From: Candidatus Hadarchaeota archaeon
GTDB taxonomy: Archaea > CAYQAE01 > CAYVLA01
DNA: 19,715 nucleotides
NCBI GenBank assembly: GCA_964452145.1
Contig: CAYVLA010000058.1
Coordinates: 1-19,715 of the forward strand
Direction of reading: 5' to 3'
How positions within the stretch are numbered: position 1 is the stretch's first letter; every line of letters starts with the position of its first letter. The position numbers were made by a program, and so were the translations under genes. The notes beneath the pieces were generated by a model. That model had not been told where the DNA came from. It did not search any database and worked only from the letters and a program-made list of their open reading frames with translations. This document shows positions 1-8,139 of this stretch, one piece after another.

Positions 1-33
1 GATAGTTATGCATCCCTGACCCACCGAGTAGCG

Positions 34-1275
34 ATGTCTGATGAGCACTCCTTCCCCTGCCTATTGCTTCTGGCGACCATCGTACTGCTGGCAAAGCAGG
101 CCTGCGCGATAGAGGATGGGCGAATTGGGGTCCTTTACGTCAGCGATCCGATCAGATCGCCAGCTGCAGATTTCTTGAGGAACGAGCCGATGTTCTCGCT
201 CACCTTCGTCGCCGCCTCTCTGAGGGGCTTCGGGGGCTGGCAGATTGAGGACGTTCACAGGGCGATAAGACTCTACTTTCCCCGCCAATACCAGGATCTG
301 ATCCGCCGTTTCGACGTCATAACGCTGGACAACGCCAATCAGATCGCTCTCACGCCCCAGCAGATCGAGCTGCTGGCCCGCGCAGTGGGCGAAGCCGGGA
401 CCGGCCTGCTCATGACGGGGGGCTGGGAAAGCTTCGGGGGAACCGGATCGGGCCAACCCTCATGGGGTCCCACCGCCGTCGGCGACCTGCTTCCGGTTGA
501 ATGCGTCGAGAATACCTGGGTCATGTCCGGAAGGCTGGTCATCGATGATGAGGACGATGAGTTTGTGGGAAGCCTGCCATGGGATCGGAAGGGCCCCTTC
601 ATGCAATCCTTCCACCACAACTTGGTGACCGTGAGACAGGGAGGAAGGCTCCTAGCCCATACCGATCGCAACTCCTTCCACATCGGCGGCGACCATCCCA
701 TATTCATTAAGTGGCAGGTGAGAGACGCCCGGATCTTTGCATGCACCGGCGAGATCGTCCAGATGGCGAGCACGTTCAGCTACGGTGGAACGAACTACTC
801 ACCCTGGGATTACTACGGTGACTTCATAAGCAATCTGATGATATACCTGGACTGGCGTTCGGTTCCCCAGGACGTCGACCTGGTCCACGCGGTGAGGTTG
901 CAGATATTTCGGACCAACACGAGGATCTCCCTTCTCCTCAGCCTCGCAGACTTCATCGAGTCCTTTGGGGCCAACACGAAGCAACTGATGAATTCCTTCG
1001 ATGACGTGAGGGACGCGATTGCAGAGACGAGGGATGTCTACTTGGAGCTGCGCTTCGAAGAGGTCCGCGAGCGGTACGACTCCATCGGCGGGATGCTGGA
1101 CGATCTTGAAGCGCAGGCCATTGACCTCAAGAACAGGGCACTGATGTGGGTCTACCTGATCGAATGGATGGCGGTGACGGGAACGGCCTTGATGGCAGGT
1201 TTCGTCCTCTGGACCATCATGGTTCGACGGAGCCTCTACAAGGAGGCGACGGTCACCAGAATGACGATCCTGTAG
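34..1275 (+). CDS. Membrane-anchored surface protein, GATase1-like (DUF1355-like) domain + helical stalk + C-terminal TM anchor (paralog A)
   Basis: 413-aa ORF. N-terminal hydrophobic signal (CLLLLATIVLLAKQACA). FDVITLDNA...LARAVGEAGTGLLMTGGWESFGG resembles class-I glutamine-amidotransferase-like DUF1355 domains. C-terminus is LKNRALMWVYLIEWMAVTGT...GFVLWTIMVRRSLY. Clear paralog at 6683-7924. Confidence 0.8.
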   Translation: MSDEHSFPCLLLLATIVLLAKQACAIEDGRIGVLYVSDPIRSPAADFLRNEPMFSLTFVAASLRGFGGWQIEDVHRAIRLYFPRQYQDLIRRFDVITLDNANQIALTPQQIELLARAVGEAGTGLLMTGGWESFGGTGSGQPSWGPTAVGDLLPVECVENTWVMSGRLVIDDEDDEFVGSLPWDRKGPFMQSFHHNLVTVRQGGRLLAHTDRNSFHIGGDHPIFIKWQVRDARIFACTGEIVQMASTFSYGGTNYSPWDYYGDFISNLMIYLDWRSVPQDVDLVHAVRLQIFRTNTRISLLLSLADFIESFGANTKQLMNSFDDVRDAIAETRDVYLELRFEEVRERYDSIGGMLDDLEAQAIDLKNRALMWVYLIEWMAVTGTALMAGFVLWTIMVRRSLYKEATVTRMTIL

Positions 1276-1309
1276 GACCATCCTCCCAAGACAAGACGAC
1301 GGGGACATC

Positions 1310-1341
1310 TTTTTCAAACCGGGCCGGGTCCTCTGAGGACC
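1310..1341 (+). promoter_or_regulatory. TATA-like box plus palindromic site upstream of UroD-family gene
   Basis: TTTTTCAAA at 1310-1318, then perfect inverted repeat GGTCCTC-T-GAGGACC at 1327-1341, then a GGAGG SD-like motif before ATG 1362. Confidence 0.4.
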
Positions 1342-1361
1342 ATCGGGTGGAGGCTGAGAAC

Positions 1362-2441
1362 ATGGACTCCAGAGATAGGATAACGGCTTTGCTTAACCTC
1401 GAGGAAGCAGACAGGATCGGATTCGTCGATGGGCCGTGGCGTGAGACCGTGGAACGATGGGAGAAGGAGGGCCTTCCAATTGGCACGTTCATCAACCAAT
1501 ACTTCGGCATGGACATCTACGGAATGGGCGTTGACACATCACCCAAGTACGATTCGATAACATACGAGGAGGGCGATAACTGGAGGCTGGTCCGCGACTC
1601 CAGCGGAGTCAAGCAGAGGGTGTGGCGGAACAGGTCCGGCGTTCCCCTGCCCGTGGAGCCTGCTGTCAGGAACCTGGAGGAGTTCGCCCGCCGAATCGAG
1701 CCGATGCTTGATCCGGATGCCCCGATAAGGATATCGAGTCCGGACTACCCCTACAAGGGCGATGTCCAAGGCGTGGTGGAGAGATTCCAGAAAAGGTTCT
1801 TCGTCACCGCCAACGTGGTCGGCCCCTACGAGTATGCGAGGCATATCTGCGGCGGGCACAAGGGCGTCTTGAAGGCGATGATGACCGACCATCCTTTCGC
1901 CAGGAGGATGTATGCCGAGCTTGGCCGTTTCCTGTCGCGGATAGCCTGTGGCCTTCTGGATGCCGGGGTTGACGGGCTATGGGTTTTCGACGACATCGGC
2001 TTCGTCAACGGCCCCTTCTTCTCGCCCAAGGTTTATAGGCGATATCTCCAGCCGGCCCACAGAATGATATGTTCGCCTTACAGGAGGAAGGGTCTACCTG
2101 TGATACTTCACACCGATGGCAATGTGGAGCCACTCATACCCGACATCATAGACGCGGGGTTCACGGCTCTGCAGCCCCTCGAAGCAAAGGCGGGGATGGA
2201 CGTTGTGAAGCTGAAGGGCCTGTACGGCGACAAGCTCGCCTTCATGGGAAACATTGATGCGAGAACCCTTTCAACGAACGACCCCGCCCGAATAGAGGAG
2301 GAGGTCAGGCGGAAGGTCGAGGTGGCCTCACAAGGCGGTGGTTACGTCATGAGTTCCGATCACTCGGTCCCCCCGACCGTGTCCTTGGAGACCTTCAGGT
2401 TCTTCTCGTCTCTGCCGGACCGGATCGGCAGGTATCACTAG
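1362..2441 (+). CDS. Uroporphyrinogen decarboxylase/MtaA-CmuA superfamily protein (not HemE)
   Basis: Start moved to ATG 1362 (MDSRDRITALLNLEEADRI) with GGAGG upstream. Motifs DDIGFVNGPFFSP, LHTDGN, LQPLEAKAGMD, FMGNID, GGYVMSSDHSVP. The HemE MRQAGR motif is absent. Confidence 0.85.
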   Translation: MDSRDRITALLNLEEADRIGFVDGPWRETVERWEKEGLPIGTFINQYFGMDIYGMGVDTSPKYDSITYEEGDNWRLVRDSSGVKQRVWRNRSGVPLPVEPAVRNLEEFARRIEPMLDPDAPIRISSPDYPYKGDVQGVVERFQKRFFVTANVVGPYEYARHICGGHKGVLKAMMTDHPFARRMYAELGRFLSRIACGLLDAGVDGLWVFDDIGFVNGPFFSPKVYRRYLQPAHRMICSPYRRKGLPVILHTDGNVEPLIPDIIDAGFTALQPLEAKAGMDVVKLKGLYGDKLAFMGNIDARTLSTNDPARIEEEVRRKVEVASQGGGYVMSSDHSVPPTVSLETFRFFSSLPDRIGRYH

Positions 2442-2864
2442 TGGAAATGTAGCGCAAGCACAGCATTCTTGAGTCAAAAATGCAGAAGGCCCGGCAAGAG
2501 ACTGTTCCTGTCTACCATCTTACCACTCTCTTCGACTGGTGGACGTTGACGTTGACACTTCAGATTAGTGGTCATCCTGCTCGTGCCGATGTTCTTCCTC
2601 TGAGGCCCTGCCAGGGGCAGTTCAACTACGAGGTATGCATGCATCACACCAAAGCGCCTCTAACTGTACCCACATCTCTAACCGTCCAGATCCACTATGG
2701 GTGTATCACTAGCGATGCTAGGCAAAGGGACTTATGTCGGGGTCCCGCACGTCTCGGTCACTGAGGCAGACTGCGCCGGGAACCTGTGAGTCGCCATCCC
2801 GGCGACGGATGGTTCCGCAACAGGTGTCCCGGTTGACGAGTTGGCCACTGGACATCTCCGCGAA

Positions 2865-3296
2865 TCAGGCCAGCGCAACGAGTATCGCGCCTGCAGCCAT
2901 CAGGGCTGTTCCCAAAGCAATCTGCAACGAGACCTTCTCGCCCAGGAACAGGGCAGCAAGGACGATCACGAAAACGACGCTGAGCCTGTCGATCGGGGCC
3001 ACCTGCGATGCCCTGCCATGATGAAGGGCAAGGAAGTAAAACACCCAAGAGGATGCTCCAGCCAACCCGCCCAGCGCGATGTATGTTAGCGGCTTTCTGG
3101 CCAGGGCCGCAACGCCCCCGATCCTCCCGGTGGCCGCCATGAAGGCCAGCGTTGCAGCGAACATTATGCCGGCTCGAACGCCCGTCGCCGTTATCGAGTC
3201 CACGCCTTCCAAGCCGATCTTGGAGAATATCGCCACGAGCGCGGCGCAGATTGCTGAGAGCAATGCGAATGCTAGCCATTCAATCATCGCGTTCAC
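2865..3296 (-). CDS. EamA/DMT family transporter (single-domain)
   Basis: 143 aa, about 5 hydrophobic segments. Motifs FALLSAICAALVAIFSKIGL, SWVFYFLAL, ASQVAPIDRLSVVFVIVLAALFLGE. TTTTTA box at 3328-3333. Confidence 0.9.
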   Translation of the reverse strand: MNAMIEWLAFALLSAICAALVAIFSKIGLEGVDSITATGVRAGIMFAATLAFMAATGRIGGVAALARKPLTYIALGGLAGASSWVFYFLALHHGRASQVAPIDRLSVVFVIVLAALFLGEKVSLQIALGTALMAAGAILVALA

Positions 3297-3617
3297 CTTT
3301 GGCTTCGACGTGGGGCCTTGCCCTGCCTAAAAATCTCGTCGTCAACGATCGCGCCACGAAGATGATCGTATGCTGTCGGACGCGTGCTCTGAGACGATCC
3401 GCACCCAGATTGCGGAGACAATGCCGTTGACCACGTCCGCGGATGTGCAGTGCCTGCCTTCTATGATTGCTGAGATACCCAGGTGCCTGCCTGACGCTCC
3501 GAGCTTCCTCACATTCCTGGCCCCTCGATTATCGGGCCTGTTCACTTGCATCCTCTGCCGGGGCTCGACATCGCGGTGCCCGGGCCCAGCATGGGGGATC
3601 TGAATGGCCGGATTCCG

Positions 3618-4808
3618 TCACCTCGCCTCGTACGGACCATGGACGGCCTTCACTCGATAGCTCTCCGAGGAGTCGTCCAGCACCATCACGCCGTAGTCAT
3701 CGCCCCCGGGCTGGACACGGACCAGTACGTGGCCTTGGTCGCTTGCCAGCTTGTCTATGCTGGGCCCAATGACGATCCTGGTTTCCTGTTTCATGTTGGT
3801 TGCGAAGATGTCCCTTGGCCCCGGGTAGAGTCGCGTAGACAGCATGCGCCACAGAACGGATGGGGCCGGGTGGCTTGCGCACCACACCTGGATTACGTGG
3901 ACGCGGGGCCGAAGGGAGGCGATGAGGAATGCGTTCTGAGCGGTTAGATCCCCATGGTGTGTGGCGACGCTGACGTCCACCGGTCCCACGGCTTGGGCGA
4001 CGGGGGTCTCCACATCGTGCCAGATGGGGGCAACTCCGTGCTTGGCAACGCCGATCAGGTCGCCGCCGGAGAAGTAGTCGAACCTGCCGTAGCTGATGCG
4101 GAGCGCGATGCTGCACATATTCTCCGTAGGCATGTCGTCCGGCGGAAGGTCTTGGAGGGGCGGAAAGAGGTTCCTGGTGCTTGTCCCCACCCCTGTCCAT
4201 ACCTCTCCATTCGCAGCTATGTTGCGCACCTGGAAATCTGGGTATGACTCCGGCTGGCGTGATAGTACGATCTGGTCGCTGCGCCCCGGTTGGAACCTCT
4301 CAACATCGATGTCGCCCCGAGCCCGGTGGTGCTCCAGAAAGGCTCGGTAGTTGCTGACGCGAGGGGAATCCAGAGGATGGGGATAGTCGTAGCCTGGCCA
4401 TCCCGCATCGATTATCTTGCCGATCGGCACACGCTCGCCGACCTCGCTTATTCCGGTGAGTCGGTATGCCCCCGTCGTGGAGGGCCTAGAATCCTCAAGG
4501 ACCTCGCCCAGGTGATCTGAGTGGAAATGCGTCACTACCACATAGTCCAGAGCGACCTCTGTCCACCCTGAGAGGACATGCTGCACGTATCTGGATATCC
4601 ACTCCCCCGGGGTCCGCGAATCGTCCGGCCTTGAAGGGGTGTGGCGGGGATTCCCGGGTTTGTTGGCCCCCGCATCGATCAGCATGGTCGTCCCGTCCGG
4701 CATGATGCATAAAGCAGAGTCCCCCCTGCCGGTGTTGATGTGATGGATGTCCAGCATGCCGGGGGACCACCGTTCTAAGGCCTTGCCCGTTACTTGATCG
4801 TCCTGCAT
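3618..4808 (-). CDS. Metallo-beta-lactamase fold hydrolase (ComEC/Rec2-like)
   Basis: IHHINTGRGDSAL...MLIDAG, THFHSDHLG (HxHxDH), ENMCSIALRISYGRFDYFSGGDL, ATHHG. Confidence 0.88.
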   Translation of the reverse strand: MQDDQVTGKALERWSPGMLDIHHINTGRGDSALCIMPDGTTMLIDAGANKPGNPRHTPSRPDDSRTPGEWISRYVQHVLSGWTEVALDYVVVTHFHSDHLGEVLEDSRPSTTGAYRLTGISEVGERVPIGKIIDAGWPGYDYPHPLDSPRVSNYRAFLEHHRARGDIDVERFQPGRSDQIVLSRQPESYPDFQVRNIAANGEVWTGVGTSTRNLFPPLQDLPPDDMPTENMCSIALRISYGRFDYFSGGDLIGVAKHGVAPIWHDVETPVAQAVGPVDVSVATHHGDLTAQNAFLIASLRPRVHVIQVWCASHPAPSVLWRMLSTRLYPGPRDIFATNMKQETRIVIGPSIDKLASDQGHVLVRVQPGGDDYGVMVLDDSSESYRVKAVHGPYEAR

Positions 4809-4831
4809 ACCCTTGGCGAACTGGCCCGATC

Positions 4832-4837
4832 CATAAA
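4832..4837 (-). promoter_or_regulatory. Archaeal TATA-like box (leaderless MBL gene)
   Basis: Minus strand GGAAACC-TTTATG, 24-29 nt upstream of ATG 4808. Confidence 0.45.
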
Positions 4838-4966
4838 GGTTTCCGGCCCGGGTTTCTCAGAGACCTTGCTCGTGGATGTGTCACTTATGAGGGTCAGCGC
4901 AAGGTGTCCGGACCAGACTCCCAGTGATCGAGTAGTCGCATCGGCCTCCCGTTGGGCACCGGGCTG

Positions 4967-6361
4967 CTAACTGTAGATGAAATATGCAGTCGCGATGCAA
5001 CCCTGGTCAACGGCTATGCGTATCCAATGGGCCGAGAAGGCGGTGGGGAACTCGTGATGGACGTAGTTCCCCGGTGGAACCCTGAAGGAATCGTACACCT
5101 TCCATCTTCCGTTGCCCAGAAAATCGACCTCGACGGTGAAAGTGGCCTCGTGGGGCGACTGCTGAGACATGTGCAGAACCTTGTTGTCAAAGCCCGTCAT
5201 CAGAAATGGGTCGGATATATCCCCAGCCTGCACGGGATCCTCCCACCAGGGACCGCCCCAGCCGCCGGGCTTTCCCATCCCCCAGAGCTCATCGATGCTG
5301 CCGAACCATAGGCCGGACTGTGGCTGTCCCTCATCGTGGTCGATCTGGTCGCCCGCCATCACGAACAGTCCCCTCCAGTAGCAGAAGTCGGGCACCAAGC
5401 GAAGGTGGGTGCAGATCGGTCGGACCCCCCATATCGTCCCCGCGTACGAAAAGGGCGGAAGCTCGTAGAACATGCCGTGCAGATCCATCAGGTAGCGCTC
5501 GGTCTGAGCGTGTCGAATCCTCATCCATTCGGTGTTCCAGGTGTGGTCGAAGGACTGACTAGCCTTGGGTAGCAGGTACCGGGACCACACGCCCCTGCTG
5601 TAGTGCCTGAGGATGGCGGATGACCTGCACCATCCCGTCGCGTAGATGGACGCGCCGCCGTAGCGGGGGCCTCCGCCTCCCCCGGCGCCGACGAAAGGGT
5701 TTCGCTCGACGACCGTCCAGGCGTCCCCGTCCCAGCAGCCCAGGCGGCCCGCCTGCCGCTCGCCCAGAAATTCCTGCTCCTCGTAGGCGTTATGGGTGAC
5801 CGCCAGTCGATCGGCAGCCGAGAATGCGTCCTTGAAGTGGGCCTGAGCCCCGGGCGGGATGTCGAGCTCCTTGACCAGGTCAAACAGGAAGGTGGTCTTG
5901 AGCGTCGTGACGTCCACCTCGTACAGTCTTCCCTCCATGGTCAGAAAGTAGACCTGCCCCTCGGGATTTGTGAGGTGGGCGGCGGTGGCCGCGAGCCTCT
6001 GTCCTTTGAGGGCGTCTATCGTCCGGACATGCCCGTCTGCGTCTATGGCGTGAGGGCCTATGAAGGCCTGGTCGGAGGGCCAGTGGGGAAGACGGTTGGC
6101 GAAGGTACCGGTCACCGATGCCGGATGGCGACGCATGGACATGTCCTCGCCGATCTGGTAGAGGCCAAGCCCGCGGCCCTGGATGTGTGAGACGTACCCG
6201 ATGGCCCAGAGCTTGTCCGCCCAGGGGATGAGCGCGCCGAGGCCGGCCTCGCTTCGGCTGCCGACGCCCCTGGCCATGGCGGTGATGTGGGGGAACACCC
6301 CTTTGATCTGGATGTGCTGCCGGCGGCTTGTTCTCGGCGGCTTGATTGCTGCATCGTGCAT
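4967..6361 (-). CDS. Hypothetical protein, Trp/Gly-rich, probably beta-rich (propeller-like)
   Basis: 464-aa ORF with globular-protein composition (WNTEWMRIR, LRLVPDFCYWRG, GGWGGPWW, SDPFLMTGFDNK). TTAAAG box at 6385-6390, 24-29 nt upstream. Function not recognised. Confidence 0.8.
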   Translation of the reverse strand: MHDAAIKPPRTSRRQHIQIKGVFPHITAMARGVGSRSEAGLGALIPWADKLWAIGYVSHIQGRGLGLYQIGEDMSMRRHPASVTGTFANRLPHWPSDQAFIGPHAIDADGHVRTIDALKGQRLAATAAHLTNPEGQVYFLTMEGRLYEVDVTTLKTTFLFDLVKELDIPPGAQAHFKDAFSAADRLAVTHNAYEEQEFLGERQAGRLGCWDGDAWTVVERNPFVGAGGGGGPRYGGASIYATGWCRSSAILRHYSRGVWSRYLLPKASQSFDHTWNTEWMRIRHAQTERYLMDLHGMFYELPPFSYAGTIWGVRPICTHLRLVPDFCYWRGLFVMAGDQIDHDEGQPQSGLWFGSIDELWGMGKPGGWGGPWWEDPVQAGDISDPFLMTGFDNKVLHMSQQSPHEATFTVEVDFLGNGRWKVYDSFRVPPGNYVHHEFPTAFSAHWIRIAVDQGCIATAYFIYS

Positions 6362-6478
6362 GATTCTGCGTTGTCCCGGTGTGGCTTTAACTCTTTGTTG
6401 TCAGTTCGCAACCGCGGGACTGGACCTGACGATGATCACGCTGACCATCGATCCCTCAAAGGTGAGTATTGTGAGTCC

Positions 6479-6634
6479 TCATCCTACCCTGGGGCGCGTC
6501 TTCACTACCTCTCGGCAAAGTCTTCGGCGCACCATCAGCGTTCACGGCACGAACCCACAGGCAAGGGAGGTCCCCGTAACCGCGACCCATGTGACACGGA
6601 TCCAGAGAAGCGCCCTACCCTTCAGGTCCATGGC
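6479..6634 (-). pseudogene. Orphan copy of the C-terminal anchor of the 413-aa family, with in-frame TGA (remnant 1)
   Basis: Translates AMDLKGRALLWIRVT-WVAVTGTSLACGFVP*TLMVRRRLCREVVKTRPRVG* (ATG 6631, internal TGA 6544-6542, terminal TGA 6481-6479). Aligns with the tails of 34-1275 and 6683-7924 with a one-codon gap. Confidence 0.85.
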
Positions 6635-6682
6635 AACGTCGGTGATGGGCGTTCGGGAAGACGCTGGAGACTCGGGTCCGAC

Positions 6683-7924
6683 CTAGACGCCCAGCCTGGT
6701 CGTCGAGGGCCTCCTGTAAAGCCTCCGGCGAATCATCAGCTGGTCGAGAGCGAATCCGGAGATCATCAGAGACCCGGCAACGGCCAGCCACTCGATCAGA
6801 TGGATCCAGAACAGAGCCCTATCCTTGAGCTTCATCGCATCGTGCCCCAGGTCGACCAGCTGGGAGGATGCCCTATCCGACGCCCGAAGGGCTTCCTCGA
6901 AATCTCCCGCCATATAGGAATCCCGCGCCGATGAGAAAGCAGCTTTGGCGTCATCGAGATCCTCAAGCAGAGCATTCGTATTTGCCCCGAAGAGCTCGAC
7001 GAAGTCGAAGATCTCCCGCAGAAAGGAGAGTCGGTTCTGGAAACCTGCAAAAGACTGTCTGACCGCGTGAAGAATCCCGATATCTCTCGCATACGGCCTA
7101 CCTGCAGCGTCGAGGAGGTAGTTGATGAGGATGTCTTGGCCATACTCGTTCCGTGTCGGGTCCACCATCGAACTCCACCATGAATGGCCGAAGTAGGCCT
7201 CTAGGGCAAGCCCCGTGCCTGTGCCGTACTTCCAGATCACCGCGGCAGCCGGCCGGTAGGTCATCGTACGGCCCCTCAGGGATTCCGCCTCGGTCCATGC
7301 ATAAACGGTGGAGCCCGGGCGAGGACAGATCGTTCTCGTGCGCCCCCCGACCATGCTCTCGATGCCAAGAGGGATGAAGGGAAGCAGCGGGTTGCTTTCC
7401 AGATCCCTATTCACTCTTACGCGGAAGGGCTGGTCGGTCGGGAGGCCCGATTCCCACATGGCCTTGACCGCCAGGACCTCGTTGGGAAACACCTCCCAGA
7501 TGCCCGAAGCGATCCAGTCGGGGTGAAGAGGCACGCTCATGCCGCCCATATCGGTGACGGCCGCCGCCCCGGAGTCCACCGCCCTGATCATCATGGCGAT
7601 CTTCTGGGGTTCGAAGAAGCGGACGTCTCCGCCGCTGAAGATGAGTAGGTCGTAAGAAGCCATCTGCATATCGCTTCTGGGGAAGTAGAGCCTTAGCATC
7701 CGCCGGGCCTCGTCGGGCCTCATGGCCTCCGTGTCATACATCCTGGTGGGGACGAGACTGACCTCGAAGGCCAGGTCAGGCAAGAGCCAGTGGGGGATGG
7801 GTGATTGGCTCGGATCGACGGACCCCAAGGCAAGAGCGCGGAGAATGTCCTGTGCCCTGACGCAATCCGTCGGCAGGATACACATCAGGAGAGGGATGAT
7901 CAGAAAACATCTCGCAGGATTCAC
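6683..7924 (-). CDS. Membrane-anchored surface protein, paralog B of 34-1275
   Basis: 413 aa with a signal peptide. Shared motifs RRMLRLYFPR (vs HRAIRLYFPR), LHAVR, DFVELFGANT (vs DFIESFGANT) and LKDRALFWIHLIEWLAVAG...GFAL..LMIRRRLY. Confidence 0.82.
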   Translation of the reverse strand: MNPARCFLIIPLLMCILPTDCVRAQDILRALALGSVDPSQSPIPHWLLPDLAFEVSLVPTRMYDTEAMRPDEARRMLRLYFPRSDMQMASYDLLIFSGGDVRFFEPQKIAMMIRAVDSGAAAVTDMGGMSVPLHPDWIASGIWEVFPNEVLAVKAMWESGLPTDQPFRVRVNRDLESNPLLPFIPLGIESMVGGRTRTICPRPGSTVYAWTEAESLRGRTMTYRPAAAVIWKYGTGTGLALEAYFGHSWWSSMVDPTRNEYGQDILINYLLDAAGRPYARDIGILHAVRQSFAGFQNRLSFLREIFDFVELFGANTNALLEDLDDAKAAFSSARDSYMAGDFEEALRASDRASSQLVDLGHDAMKLKDRALFWIHLIEWLAVAGSLMISGFALDQLMIRRRLYRRPSTTRLGV

Positions 7925-7948
7925 GCAAGCAGATCAGATAGCCAGTTC

Positions 7949-7955
7949 TATTTAT
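7949..7955 (-). promoter_or_regulatory. Archaeal TATA-like box
   Basis: ATAAATA on the minus strand, 25-31 nt upstream of GTG 7924. Confidence 0.5.
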
Positions 7956-8139
7956 CTCTCTGCCTAAGTCGGAGCGACTTCCCTGCTCGAACCGGAGCCT
8001 AGCTCACGGGCGGAGGCATTCCGATGGTTGTGCATTGCAACGCGGTTCTAGTAGGTTCCAGCGAACACTTAACTGGCGTTGCAGACTCATCCTGTCTCAT
8101 TTCACACGCAGGAGATCGTATGAAAGACGAGGCGATGGA

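Noticed and set aside
1146..1361. N-terminal extension of the 431-aa ORF
   Set aside because: Overlaps the upstream gene and has low-complexity sequence. The family-typical start with an SD motif is ATG 1362.
2442..2864. Spacer with short repeats (GACGTTGACGTTGAC, CTCTAAC x2), hairpin GTCGCC-N5-GGCGAC and a 94-aa ORF
   Set aside because: Repeats are too short and irregular for CRISPR or a MITE, the hairpin lacks a U-tract, and the ORF has no recognisable features.
3342..3603. Small ORFs between the EamA and MBL genes
   Set aside because: No motif or translation signals. A faint LHIRGRGQ (acylphosphatase-like) stretch is too weak to call.
6183..6934. Plus-strand ORFs of 167 and 215 aa
   Set aside because: Antisense shadows of the real minus-strand genes and of the anchor remnant.
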